A stretch of 64,000 nucleotides of DNA from assembly GCF_009834535.1 (NCBI RefSeq), contig NC_045710.1, positions 4,154,001 to 4,218,000 of the forward strand, in the 5' to 3' direction. This DNA is from Camelus ferus. Taxonomy: Eukaryota. The translations under genes and the position numbers were made by a program. Shown here piece by piece: positions 1-11,762 of this stretch (position 1 is the stretch's first letter; every line of letters starts with the position of its first letter). Below the pieces are notes generated by a model. The model did no database searches and was not told the origin of the DNA. It saw only the letters and a list, made by a program, of their open reading frames with translations.

Positions 1-1724
1 TGACCAGGAACAAACAGGTTACTTTCTCAGGGGTGGAGGTATTTTATTTTTGAGGTTGCGTTCCTGTAAAAGTACACTCTGTGTCTCAAAACACGGTCTG
101 TCCAGCTAAGATTTGCATCGAGTGCCGACTACACTCTGTGAGAAGAGCTCCTGGGGATCCGAAGGTTTCTGACGTAGACGTAGCTTTGCAGAGATTTCTA
201 TGCGTTTGGAGAGATGAGACGTGCCTGGTAAAGACATCATTGATACTTTATTTCAAGAGACGCGAGACACTAAGAAACGGGGACTCGCGTGAGGGGGATC
301 TGACTGCACGGTGGCTCCGGCAGAGTCGTGCTTCCATTTCCAGCACGTGGTTTGTGACTTTCCATCACTGCCTGGCCCTCCCGGCCTCTCTTTCCTCTCA
401 CACAGCAGCGTCCTACCAGCCCTACAGCCTGGCACACACAGCGCCTCTTCCATGAGGCTTTACGATGAGTTTACCCTGAAGTGCCGTGTCTCCTCCGGGA
501 GGTCCCCGCGGCGGGCGCTGCTGTGGAGGCAGCATTAGCCCCGGGGTCTGATTGGCGTGTGGGCACCTCCCCGTCGTTTACTAGGCACCGTAAGATTTTA
601 TGAGAGCTCTGTAACTTTCTGACGATCGGTTTCCTCATGCGTAAAGTCAGGGTAACAAAGACCGCGCTGGACTGTGCTGATGGCTGAATCAGCGTAAACA
701 GGCAAAGCGCCTGGGAGTTACTGGGCAACCAGCAAGAAGTCCCTACTTCCCCTGCTGCTTCGTGTGGTTATTTGGGCACTGGTCTGGCTTTATCACCTGC
801 GTCCTTGTGAACTTCCTGAGACCAGCGCTGTCCCACCCGGTGTCCAGCACTGACCCTCACACACAGGAGGTCCTCAGTTCATGACTGTTCTGCCCTCTGC
901 CCTCTGCCCTCTCTATGCTTTGTGCCGTCCTGAGGTCAGTGTGACCCTTGGGGTCTTTGACTGTGGCAGGGTTGGCCATGGAGGGGAGACCACATGATCG
1001 TCATGGTGATTCTAGAAGACGATGGATTAGGGAAGCACCCTCAGCCCAGAGAAGCAGAGGGCCGGGAAGAGCTGTATGTGGCCTGCATGCAGGCTCGCAA
1101 GTCGGGGAGTAGCAGATTGGTTCGTGAGAGCCAGCTTCCCGTGTTGGAGGGCTGGGGGGACGTTTTTTTCTGAACTGCATCTCCCACAGGGAAGGCCCTG
1201 GGGTGTGGGGAGACGGGATCAGGGCAGCATCACCAGTTCCAGGATAACAACACGTGAAATGCCTGACTCTGCAAGCCCGACTTCAGGGCCAGCGTGTTTC
1301 CACCCTCACTGGCCGAGCCAGGCGTCTTTGAGTTGAACTCTGCCTGTGCATTTTAGAGAGAAAAGAATTTCCACTCAGTGCTGAGGGCGCCCATAGTTAA
1401 CAAGCAGCACATTCGGATCAGATAAACTCCCCGCGCTGGCTCCGTCAACTTCCCGGAGGCACTGATGCCACTCAGGCTTGAGTCCTGCGCCCGTCCCGCG
1501 CCCCCTCCGCCCTCCTCGACGTGTCACACCACCCCTCGGTGCCTCGTTCCCCTGGGCCCGACCCCAGTCTTGCCTCATTCCCTTTCTCGGAGTGCATCTG
1601 CAGGAGTTGCACGTGATGTCCACTTGGGTGTCATCTGCAGGAGCCCCACGTCTGAAAAGAAAGTAACAGAATGAGGGAACTTCGCAAGAGACGAGGACCA
1701 GATAAACCGGTGGTTTCACTAACC

Positions 1725-1812
1725 CCCTTCTCTCTCCCTCCCTTCCTCCCTCCCTCCTTCTCTCTCTCTCTTTCTCTCCTTCCCTCTCTCTCTTTCTCTC
1801 CTTCCTTCCTTC
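1725..1812. repeat. (CT)n / CCTT polypyrimidine microsatellite
   Basis: About 88 nt of almost pure C/T. Confidence 0.9.
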
Positions 1813-3089
1813 CAACTGATGAGTACATCTTCCAGCAGGTTAATGACATGTGTATGGGTAAGACTCAGAGCTTCTGGCTCAGGTGGCCTTGATGTGCAGT
1901 CATTGGATGAGGAACTGGGTCACTGAGATGCAGGTAATTCAGTCCCTGGTCCCGAGCATCCTCCCCTGAGAGGACGGTGGAGGCGCCCTGTCTGCACGCA
2001 GGAACACGGCTTTGCGCCTGAAGGAGGATCACTCTGGCAGCTGCGCTGGGACGTGGTTCGTCTAGTCGAGGATTTTCCTCGCTCACCGACTGGCCCACCT
2101 TCAGTTGGAGGCAGAGCTGCAGAAGAACTGATGAAGGGGCTCGGTTTTCTCTTTTGAGGGGGGAGGTTAAAGAAGGACCGTTGTGGGAGTAGCAGGGATT
2201 CAAAAGACAAGCGAAAAGCAGGGGCAGGGGAGCGCATTGGCTTCTAGCCTGAATCTTCCTCCTTCGAAACAGAGCTTGTGGTTTGAGATCAAGGTGACAG
2301 CAAGGAGATGAGGTAGCAAAGCAGGATTTCTGCATAAAAAGGGGCCTGCAGCCCGCGTGCGTGCTTATGTGGGGCGCTGGTGTGGACCTGGATGCGGACA
2401 GGTGCGCCCAGGTGGGAAATGTCTCCCTCGCCTTAGCCGGCGGGGCTGTTGTGAGGACAATGCAAGAGACAGGACAACCGTGCGGACAAGTGGGCTGTGG
2501 ACAGGCCGGTGGGAAGAGAGGAAGTGCGCTTGGCTGTGAAGGAGGATCTGCCTGAGGCGGCGGCGTGGCAGGTTTCCTGGTTCTGCTGGGGAGGCTGAGG
2601 TCCTCGGAGGGGTCGTGCTGGGCTCCCAGCTGGCCCTCCCCGCCCCTCCCCGCACCTGCCAAGAGTGCTTTGCGCCCTGGGCTGTGTGCTGGCAGCCCCC
2701 CCCAGAGGATAGTTTTGTCTCAGTTATAGAAAGGTCTGTACAGTTAGGGCCTTTATAAAGTTCTGGGGACCAGTGTCTTATAGAGAGAGAACCTCCCAAA
2801 GGCTAGGACAAGGAGGTAACATGTGAGCTTGGATATCTGCTCCGTGTGCAGGGACTGCACGGACGTGCAGAGTTGACAGGCCAGGGACACCAGTTCTTGA
2901 AAAATGTGGTAGGATTCCCTCCTCGGGGTTCATAGATGAAGCCATTTCCCTAACATTTCCAGGCAACTAGTGAAATGAGCACAACATTTTTTTTTTCGTA
3001 AGTAATTGTGTAACATAGAAGGAAGTTTCTGTTTAAACCAATGGTATATGTGTTTATTGGGGTTTTCACTGATTACATTTCCAGTTTTT

Positions 3090-3312
3090 TTTTTGATTGA
3101 CGTATAATCAGTTTACAATGTTGTGTTAGTTTTTGGTGCACAGCATCGTGACTCAGTTCTCCATAAATAAGTATATATGTTCTTTTTCAGATTCTTTTTC
3201 ATTATAAGCCATTATGAGGTATTGAATAGAGTTCCCTGTACTATACAGTGGGACCTTGCTGTTCATCTGTTTTGTATACAAATTGGGAGTTCAGGATGTG
3301 TAGATACTAATG
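3090..3312 (-). mobile_element. 5'-truncated L1 3' end with short 5' inversion
   Basis: Matches the L1 3'UTR copies at 10.6 and 19.3 kb. TSD tttccagttttt (3078-3089 / 3313-3324). Segment 3281-3311 is inverted. Confidence 0.75.
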
Positions 3313-6300
3313 TTTCCAGTTTTTAAACAGGATTTGCATTTTAGTTTTGAGAGAGTTAAAAGTTTAGTGTTACTTTAAAGAAAAAAATGGTAGGGGGAAA
3401 GAAAAGAGAAGGAAAAAGGAGCCTCCCCCAAACCAAAGCCCGTCTTTGTTCAGCGTCAGGGACGTCCTCACTCCGCAAGCAGTTGTGCCCGGTCTTGTGA
3501 GGCATGAGTTTGCCTCGTGTCTTAACCCACGGAGTTAGCACGAAAAGAGGTGATTTAATTGAGTCTACTCGAGACAAACTGGCCAGGAAAGCTCCGGAAT
3601 AGTTTTGAATCGGGGCTGTCCTCTCAACGTTGGGCGTCTGCTTCGCTTTCCGGCTGGGGTGCAGCGTCCACACCACCCCACGGCGGCGGGCTTGGAAAGG
3701 CTCTTTCCTGTCTCTCAGAGCCTGGAAAGGCTGTGGTTTGTTTTTTTGGGAGAAGGGTAAATTGCCACTGGAGAAATCCCCCATCACCAAAATATCCCAA
3801 GAAAGCCTGTTATAAAAAGAATATTTTGGGGTAGAGGCTAATAGTAGCTGCATTTGGGGAGGACAGTAAATATTGATCTGTGAGGGTGAGCGGTCGGGAA
3901 GCTATTTTGAGCTGATCTGAAGAACCCCAAGTCTGTCTAGTGGAACAGTCAGGGGAGAGGGTGTTCTGTGAGCAGGACAGGTCGGAAGTCGGCGGTTACG
4001 GCCGCTGGGCAGGGTTCCGCGTGTCAAAAGATCCCTGGGCTGTGGGTACCCAGGTCGGCATGTGGTTTGCCCACTTCCCCGTTGCCAGACCTGGGTTCCA
4101 CCTCCCGGGTGCGTCCGCCTGGGAGCCGTTCTATCCTGGGAGCGTCCGTGCTTCTGCCCTGCGTGGACTCTTGCTCCCAAATCCTCTGCTTTCTTGACTT
4201 CTGTGTCACTGATTTCTTCAGGAACTGTGAGGGGCATCGGGGGAAACTTCTCTGTCTCCCCCCGCATCCTTCCCTGCACCCCTGCAGTGTCTTCCCTCCC
4301 TGACGTCCCACCCATCCTTTGCTCCTTCATCATTTTCCCATCATCACTCCCCGATGCAGATTCCCATCTATTCATCCATGTATTATAATCAGTTCTAACC
4401 CATCTCTGTGCATTTAGGTTGTTCTGCCTCCAATTAGAGTCTAATTTATCTGACAAATTACCCCAAATCAAGCTTTGAAAATGTTACTTGAAACGTGTAA
4501 TTCCTCATGTACAGAAGGATACTGCTCGTGTGTCACCTGCCCCAGGAAATCTTCCCAAAGAACTGCCGTGTGGGCACGGAGACCGGGGCTGCTGCGACTG
4601 CAGCGGCCCGTCCCTGCCCCCACCCCCTGCAGTGCCCAGCGCCCAGCCGCGGGCACCTGCACCTCCCTGCCTGAGAACCTCCTCGAGGAGCCCCCGGCCT
4701 GACCTGCCTGGAGGCTGCAGGTGTGGTTTGAGCCCCCACCTCCTGGCCGATGGGTGACACAAGGGAGACAGCTGCCCAGTGCCTGCCTCTGGGATGGGGT
4801 GACGACCGGGTGTGACGGTGGCTCCCCGCCTCCCCTGGGGATTCAGCTCCTGCTCACCACAGCGGCGACTGCTCGAGGTCGAGTCCTGAACTGGCTGCCT
4901 TTCCTAGCCTGCCTCACTGTGCACGTCTACATTCGTCTCCGGGATCACGTCCCAGGTAAACTGCTTCTGCTTCTGGGGAAGCCAAGTTGAGATGCTTCCA
5001 TAGACTCTGTTTTCCTGTGTGTGGAACGAGGAAAAACCCAAGAGTGTGCTGAGAGCGTCCGATGAATTAAAGGACATGAATGCACTTCTAAACTCAAAAG
5101 CACTGACCTGTGTGAATTTGGAATCCGTGTGTTGGCAGAGCTCCTATGAGCATTTCAAGGAAAACACTGATGTTATTCAATAATGGGTCACTGCTGGCCA
5201 GGAGTTGCTCACATCTATGGAGTCAGAGGAGTGGTTCCCTCTCGAAGGGACTCCTAGTCCGGGGGTTTGTTGCCAGCTGCTTTCAGCCGTGTGCCCCACC
5301 TGTACTGCCCCTGCTGCCCCACCCGCTTTGTGCTCTGACTCAGAGCAAAGTGAGCTTTCTTGTGAAGACAGGCTGGTGTGCACCGGGACGGCTCTGCAGG
5401 GGCGGATGCTCTGGCCTGACCGTCGGCAGCTGGCCGGTCCCCGCCAGCCGGTCCCCGCCAGCCCCGACTGTGGCCCTTTTGTCCAGTCCCTTCCGCTCTG
5501 GGCCACTCCCGCCAAGGCTGGCAGAGGGACATTCTAGCACCTTCTGGCTTTCCTTCTTTGCATCAGAAAACACAGAATGACAGTACCCTCCAGGATGACT
5601 CACAAGTGAAAATATGCTGGCAAAGTACATTGTTATTTATTTTGGTCACAGGAGGAGGACGGTGAGCATTTAGGACACAAGGCGGAAGCCAGGTCAGAAC
5701 TGATGCCGCAGCACGCCCTGGTTGGCAGCCCCGGCTGAGCCCAGTTCTGTTCCCCCCCATAGCCGGCCAGCCAGTGGTTTATTCTGGGAAAGCAGAGTGA
5801 GCCCAGCCCAGGGGCTGAAGTGTGTCCTGTGGCACTGGCGGGAACGAGGGGCCCCAGGTTGACCAGCAGGGCTCCTGGCGGTGGAGACGCGTCTCCCACA
5901 CCCGGGTCAGCCTGCTTACATCGCAAGAAACAAACACGCTCAACAGAAACGGTCATTTTCTTCAACCATCCAAAATAGCGCCCAGACTTACTTGTAAATT
6001 TGTGTTTGAGAAATCAATTTAGCCACAGCATCCAGGAAAGCAAATTAATTCTTTTTCAGGACTACGGAGGCACTCTGAACTCGGTGGGGCCGTTGGCAAC
6101 GTCTCCACAAGTCATCTTCTTCCAGCATCAGAAAGGGGGATGGTGGCCTGGCTGTCTCCCCGGGTGCTGCCCTGTCCCCTGCAGAGAAAGTGTCATGCTG
6201 GCAGAGTGTGACTCGTCCTGTTGGACGGATGGGGGTGTGTGCCTCGGGCCTCCTGCCTCCTGCCTCTGGTCCAGGGCTTGGATGCGGCCTTGGTGACAGC

Positions 6301-6439
6301 CCATCGTCAGGGATGGGGCTCCGGGCATGATGATGACAGTGACAGTCATTCCCCGCAGGGCACGGACTGAGTGCAGACCCCTCAGCAGAGTCACATCTGT
6401 TAACGTATTTAGTCCTCACTGCAACACTGAGATACGGAC

Positions 6440-6822
6440 TGTTGGGAGCAGGACCCTGTCCCCCAGATTCACGTGTTCCAGCTCTAACCGCCAGGAAGGA
6501 CCTCAGAATTGCACGTGTCTGGAGATGGGGTCTTTACAGTGGGAATTAAGTTGAAATGAGGTCATCACGGTGGACCCTAACCCAGTATTATGGCTGTCCT
6601 CATCAAAACGGGACATTTTCAGAGACACATGAAAAGGGACGGTGTCTTGGAGAGACAGAGGGAGAGGATGGCCGTCTACGTGCCCAGGAGAGAGGCTGTG
6701 GAAGGAACCAATCCTGCCGCCACTCTGACCTTGGACTTCTGGCCTTTGGTGTGAGAGGGCAAATTGCTGTTGTTCAGGCTGCTAGTCTGTGGTCCTTGGT
6801 GAAGGCAGCCTTAGCTAATTCA
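6440..6822 (+). mobile_element. MLT1 (ERVL-MaLR) solo LTR
   Basis: Typical motifs ggagatggggtctttacag...ttaagttgaaatgaggtcatc...ggccgtctacgtgcccaggagagaggc...accttggacttctggcct...ggcagccttagctaattca. Confidence 0.82.
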
Positions 6823-9334
6823 TGCAAGTCTTATCCTCGTTGTGTAGGTGGGAAACTGAGGCTGGACTGGTGGAGTCACCTGCCCAGTTCTCCAGGGCAG
6901 GCCCTGCGGGTGAGTGACCCAGGGCCATCCGGTTCCTGCCGTGTGTTCTCTACGCCCAGGCCCGGGGGTCAGGTGTTGGAGCCTTTCTGCATAACCCCGG
7001 GCTGAGTTTGCTGACCCTGCAATGACTTCTCCAGCGGCCCAGGGCTCCCTGTCTTTCTCTTGAGACCTTATCCCTGTTCAAAGTTTTCAGCTAAATTTAT
7101 TGCCCCTGAAGCATAGTCTGCACAAAATTTAGTGCAGGAAAACATTTGTTAAACAAACAACACAAGGACAAACAAACGAAAATCTTGAGGATTTGAATTT
7201 TGTGCAGTAAGATCGCTCTCAGCTCTGTCTTACTTTCCTAAATGTTTTTCTCTTTCGCCACATTTTTCTTACTTGTTTTTCTTCTTATAAAGAAGAAAAC
7301 ATATATATTTGTCAAATATCCAGCAAATGTAGAAAAACAGAAACACCAATTAGCACTTCATTCGACTTGATCGCTGGTGTCACTGGTTTTCCCGGTGGCC
7401 TTTTCACTGTCCTCACTGCAGAAGCTCCAGCTGGTTTGAGATTCACCGTAGCCCGGAAGCCATGTGGGGCCTCTGGGGAGGGCAGTGCCATGTGTGGTGT
7501 TTTCTTAATTCCCCGATTTCCAAGAGTCTGTGAAGCATCGTGAACCAGTCTGAATATTCCTCCAGTTGTCTGGTTTTCTCCCGTCGGCCTGATTCCTTTG
7601 GGGCTGTAAGCCGGGGAGGTGGGGTGGGGACGGCTCAGGGGTGGGGATGGCTGGGGGCAGGTCTGGCTGATTGGCACCTGATACACAAGAGTCCGATCTT
7701 GTTCGGCATCAGTGCCAGGAAGATGGTGCATGTTGCAAAATTAACATACGGAGCTAACCCTGTGATGTGATGGTTAAGATGGAAAAACAGTGCGTTCTTA
7801 GGCAGGTCTGGCTAAGAACAAAATACAGTGTCAGGGTCACTGAGAATTTCCCTTGACCCTTTTCTTGCCGGCTTCATGCCTTCTGCCCCTCATTTCAGCT
7901 GTGTGAACAAGTTACTCTAAACGCAGACGGTGCAGGGGCAGCTCCAGTGGCCTGGGGATTAGGGGTTCCTGTCCTCCAGTTAGGTTCTGCCCCCCACTCT
8001 GTGGCTGTGGAAGTCGCCTGTCCCTGAGTGACGTGTGCAGAAGAGAGCTTGGACCCTGTGATTCCCAAGGCTCTCCCCACGCCCTGACTGTATTTACGGC
8101 AAGGATTAAACTGTGTGGATTAAACTTCCCGTGTCCTAACTGCAACTCTGCCTTTGAATGAAGCCTTCAGTGCTTCTCTGCTGTAGGTAAAGACACACAT
8201 TTCTAGATTCCTGGTTTGCTTCTTTTGAATTTTACACAGGTTTCTTTCTGGTCTTTTCTGACCGGTTTGCGCACAGTGGAGACTGCAGCCTGGTTGCGGG
8301 TGGGCGGTGGGCCCTGGAGGAGGAACCTCATTTCTTTGTGCCAGGGTCCCCGGGGAGGAATCGCTCCCGCCCCCAGGGCCCACACCCTTATGCAAGTAAC
8401 CGCAAATCAGGCTGGAGCCACCCGAACCCACCCACCATTCTGGAAGCCTGGGCAACAGCGCGCAGCTGAGAGGTGCTAATTTTACACAGTCTTCTGCCCC
8501 CTCCCCACCTCTTCCTCCTCCTCTTCATCCCAAGCTGGGGTTTGGGACGTGCTTGCTTGTGGGCACGTCAGTGGGTGACAGTCTGAAGTGCTGCCACATT
8601 TCTTTGTTCCTTTGTCAAACTTGGGGAGACAGCTCTCCCCCAGCCTCCAGAGGGATGTTATATGACTTCTGGCGTCCACTCCCAGCCCTTCAACCGCCCC
8701 ATCTTCTTAAACTGAAAGTGTTCATATGTTTGTAGCTGATTTTTTCCTTTTGGAAGAATTTTCCAGTGGGCGGGGCCGAGCGGAAACAGCCCCAGGTGGT
8801 TTCTTCTGTGGGTTAATTGCTCTTTCTTGGGGTGGGAACGTGGGATCAGACTCCTTGGCAACCCTTCCCCTTTCTAGGTTTCCCCCACCCCCACTTCCTG
8901 GCCTCTCCAGCTCATGAGCCATCTTACCTGAGACTTTAGCTGCTCGCTGCGATGTTTCTGTGACCTTGGTTGACAAGACAGCCGGCTGTGTCTCCAGGGT
9001 GCGTCCCCCCCTCGGTGGGGGCACTGTGCACACTGCTGAGGCTGAGGTCGGGGTGCCACCCCTGGGCTGTGTCCAGCACACACTCCCAGAGGAAAACCTC
9101 TTCCCGATGCTTGTGGCTGGCAAAGCAGAAATGGTGAGGCAGGAAAGAGTTGGTGAGGTCGGTTCTCCAACCCACCTTGGCTCGAGAGGTGTGCATCCCC
9201 TGCCAGCGGCGACAGAAGATTCATATCGAGTAACCAGTAACAGCAGACACCTCTCCAGTGATGGCCAGAGGGCCACAGGGTTTATGGTTGGAAGGGTGGG
9301 ATTCCGGAGCCGGATCTCCGCGATTTGGAACTAG

Positions 9335-9480
9335 GCTCTGACATTGAATGTTGGAACTTCAGTGCCTCAGTTTTCTGATCTATAAAATGGGGCTCAGAGT
9401 GCACGCTTCCCCATTGGTGAAAGTATTCAGTGAAGCGCTAAGCATCTGACACAGTGTGAGACGGTGCCATGGTAACTGAG
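9335..9480 (+). mobile_element. MIR fragment
   Basis: MIR core gtgcctcagttttctgatctataaaatgggg. Confidence 0.6.
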
Positions 9481-10591
9481 CTGTGGTTAAGTCGAACTGA
9501 TTTGCCGCAGTCCCTTGACTGGGATTCAAACCCAGCGGCCTCTGGCCCTGGGGACGGTCCACTTCGCAGTAAAGGTCACGGTCTAGAACCCTGGGCCCCT
9601 GTGGTGTCTTAGGCTCATGGGGTAGAGGGACTTCGGGTCTCCTCCCAGAACTGCCGTTAGGCTTTCAGCCACAACGAGCCAGGTTATTGTGCTGCACCCC
9701 GCGGCCTCTCCCGTGCATCTCGGGGCGGCAAGGCCACTGTATCGCCATCAGCCCGCCATGTAGACGCTTACGTCAGAGGCAAAGGTATGAGGCAAGAGGG
9801 CGCAGCTTTGTCCTGAGCATCCTATCCACCTGCAGTGGAGGTAAGACGCTGTGTCTGACTCTCAGTTGTGGTTGGGGTACCTGAAACGTGGGGAGATTCA
9901 CGGGAGGGTCCTGATGCCTTGGCTGCCGTGGTCCCGGGAGATGCCATTGAGCAGTACCATGAGGGGCACGGAGTCACCAGGCAGAGGAGAGGAGTGGGCG
10001 TCTGCCCTGGGAACAGAGCTGGCAAAGGCCGTACCACGGGGAGGCCCGGGGCTTCTTCAGGAAGGAAGGGCTCGAGCACATGGCCTGAAGGGGAGGTTCT
10101 CTCTCGACACCGACTGGGTCCGCGTCCTGCGTGAGGCCAGGCGGGCGGTGATTGGCTAAGGGTCAGATTGCAAAATGTCTTCACACCAAGCTCAGGCATT
10201 GGAGTGGAAACGAGAAAAATGCAACAAAACCTTTGTTACAATATTTAATACTGTTTAGAGAAGTAGGGAGGGCAGAATGGTGGGGGTGCTTTCCACCAGG
10301 GCACCTGCGCTGACGGGGTCAGGATGTGGTCCTCGGTTTCGCTGGCACACAGCCTGCCCCAGGGTTTAGGAGCTGCCTCTGGCTGCTCTGCTGCAGGGAC
10401 TCCCTGAGGCCCACATGCCTGAAACCGTAACTGTCTGACCCTTAATGGGTAACATCTGCTGGCCTCTAGTCTACAGCTTTACTGGGCTTGAAGATAGCAC
10501 ATTATTCACTTGTGGGAAAAAGGATGTAGAAATTACAATTGCGTAAGAATTCTGGACTCCATGGCATTCTAGACCATGGTCAGTGCTCATT

Positions 10592-11762
10592 TATTTTTTC
10601 TTTATTTTTTTCTTTATTGAAGTGTGGTTGATTTACAATGTTACGTTAGTTACTGGTGTACAGCATAGTGGTTCAATTATACATATATATATATATTTTA
10701 TATATATATATATACTCCTTTTCAATTTCTTTTATATTATATGTTATTACAAGCTATTGAATATAGTTCCCTGTGCTCTACAGTAGGTCCTTGTTGTTTA
10801 TCTATTTTATATACAGTAGTTAGTATCTGCTAATCCAAAACTCCCAATCTATCCCTCTCCCCACTTTCTCTGTCAGTAACCAGAAGTTTGTTTTCTATGT
10901 CTGTGAGTCTCTTTCTGTTTTGTAAGTTCATTTGAATCATTGTTTTAGATTCCACATATAAGTGATAGCATATGGTATTTGTCTTTCTCTGTCTGACTTA
11001 ACTTAGTATGATAATCTCTAGATCCATCCATNNNNNNNNNNNNNNNNNNNNNNNNNNNNNNNNNNNNNNNNNNNNNNNNNNNNNNNNNNNNNNNNNNNNN
11101 NNNNNNNNNNNNNNNNNNNNNNNNNNNNNNNNNNNNNNNNNNNNNNNNNNNNNNNNNNNNNNNNNNNNNNNNNNNNNNNNNNNNNNNNNNNNTGTATCTT
11201 TTTGAATTATCGTTTTCTCCGGGTATGTGCCTAGGAGTAGGGTTGCTGGATCATGTTAACTGTATTTTTAGTTTTTTAGGAATCTCCATATCATTTTCTA
11301 TAGTGGCTGTGCCAAATAATATTCCCACCAACAGTGTAGAAGGGCTCCCTTTTCTCCACAGCCTCTCCAGCATTTGTCATTTGTGGACTTTTGAATGATG
11401 GCCATTCTGACCGGTGTGANNNNNNNNNNNNNNNNNNNNNNNNNNNNNNNNNNNNNNNNNNNNNNNNNNNNNNNNNNNNNNNNNNNNNNNNNNNNNNNNN
11501 NNNNNNNNNNNNNNNNNNNNNNNNNNNNNNNNNNNNNNNNNNNNNNNNNNNNNAATTGAGTTACTGAGCTGTATGAGCTGTTTGTATGTTCTGGAATTTA
11601 ANNNNNNNNNNNNNNNNNNNNNNNNNNNNNNNNNNNNNNNNNNNNNNNNNNNNNNNNNNNNNNNNNNNNNNNNNNNNNNNNNNNNNNNNNNNNNNNNNNN
11701 NNNNNNNNNNNNNNNNNNNNNNNNNNNNNNNNNNNNNNNNNNNNNTATTGTAGATTGTGGCT
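10592..11762 (-). mobile_element. L1 3' fragment (ORF2 end plus 3'UTR) containing three N blocks
   Basis: T-rich tail, (TA)n, and colinear with the 19.3-19.9 kb copy. Possible TSD tgctcatt (10584-10591 / 11763-11770). Confidence 0.85.
11032..11745. other. Three N blocks: 11032-11192 (161), 11420-11553 (134), 11602-11745 (144)
   Basis: Read directly from the sequence. All lie within one L1 fragment. Confidence 0.98.

Noticed and set aside
1943-2145. Candidate for the upstream non-coding RNF144A exon
   Set aside because: The acceptor lacks a pyrimidine tract and the donor is weak. I cannot support it without an mRNA alignment.
5433-5463. 14-bp tandem duplication gccggtccccgcca x2
   Set aside because: Only two units, consistent with ordinary slippage. 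It is not an array or CRISPR-like structure.
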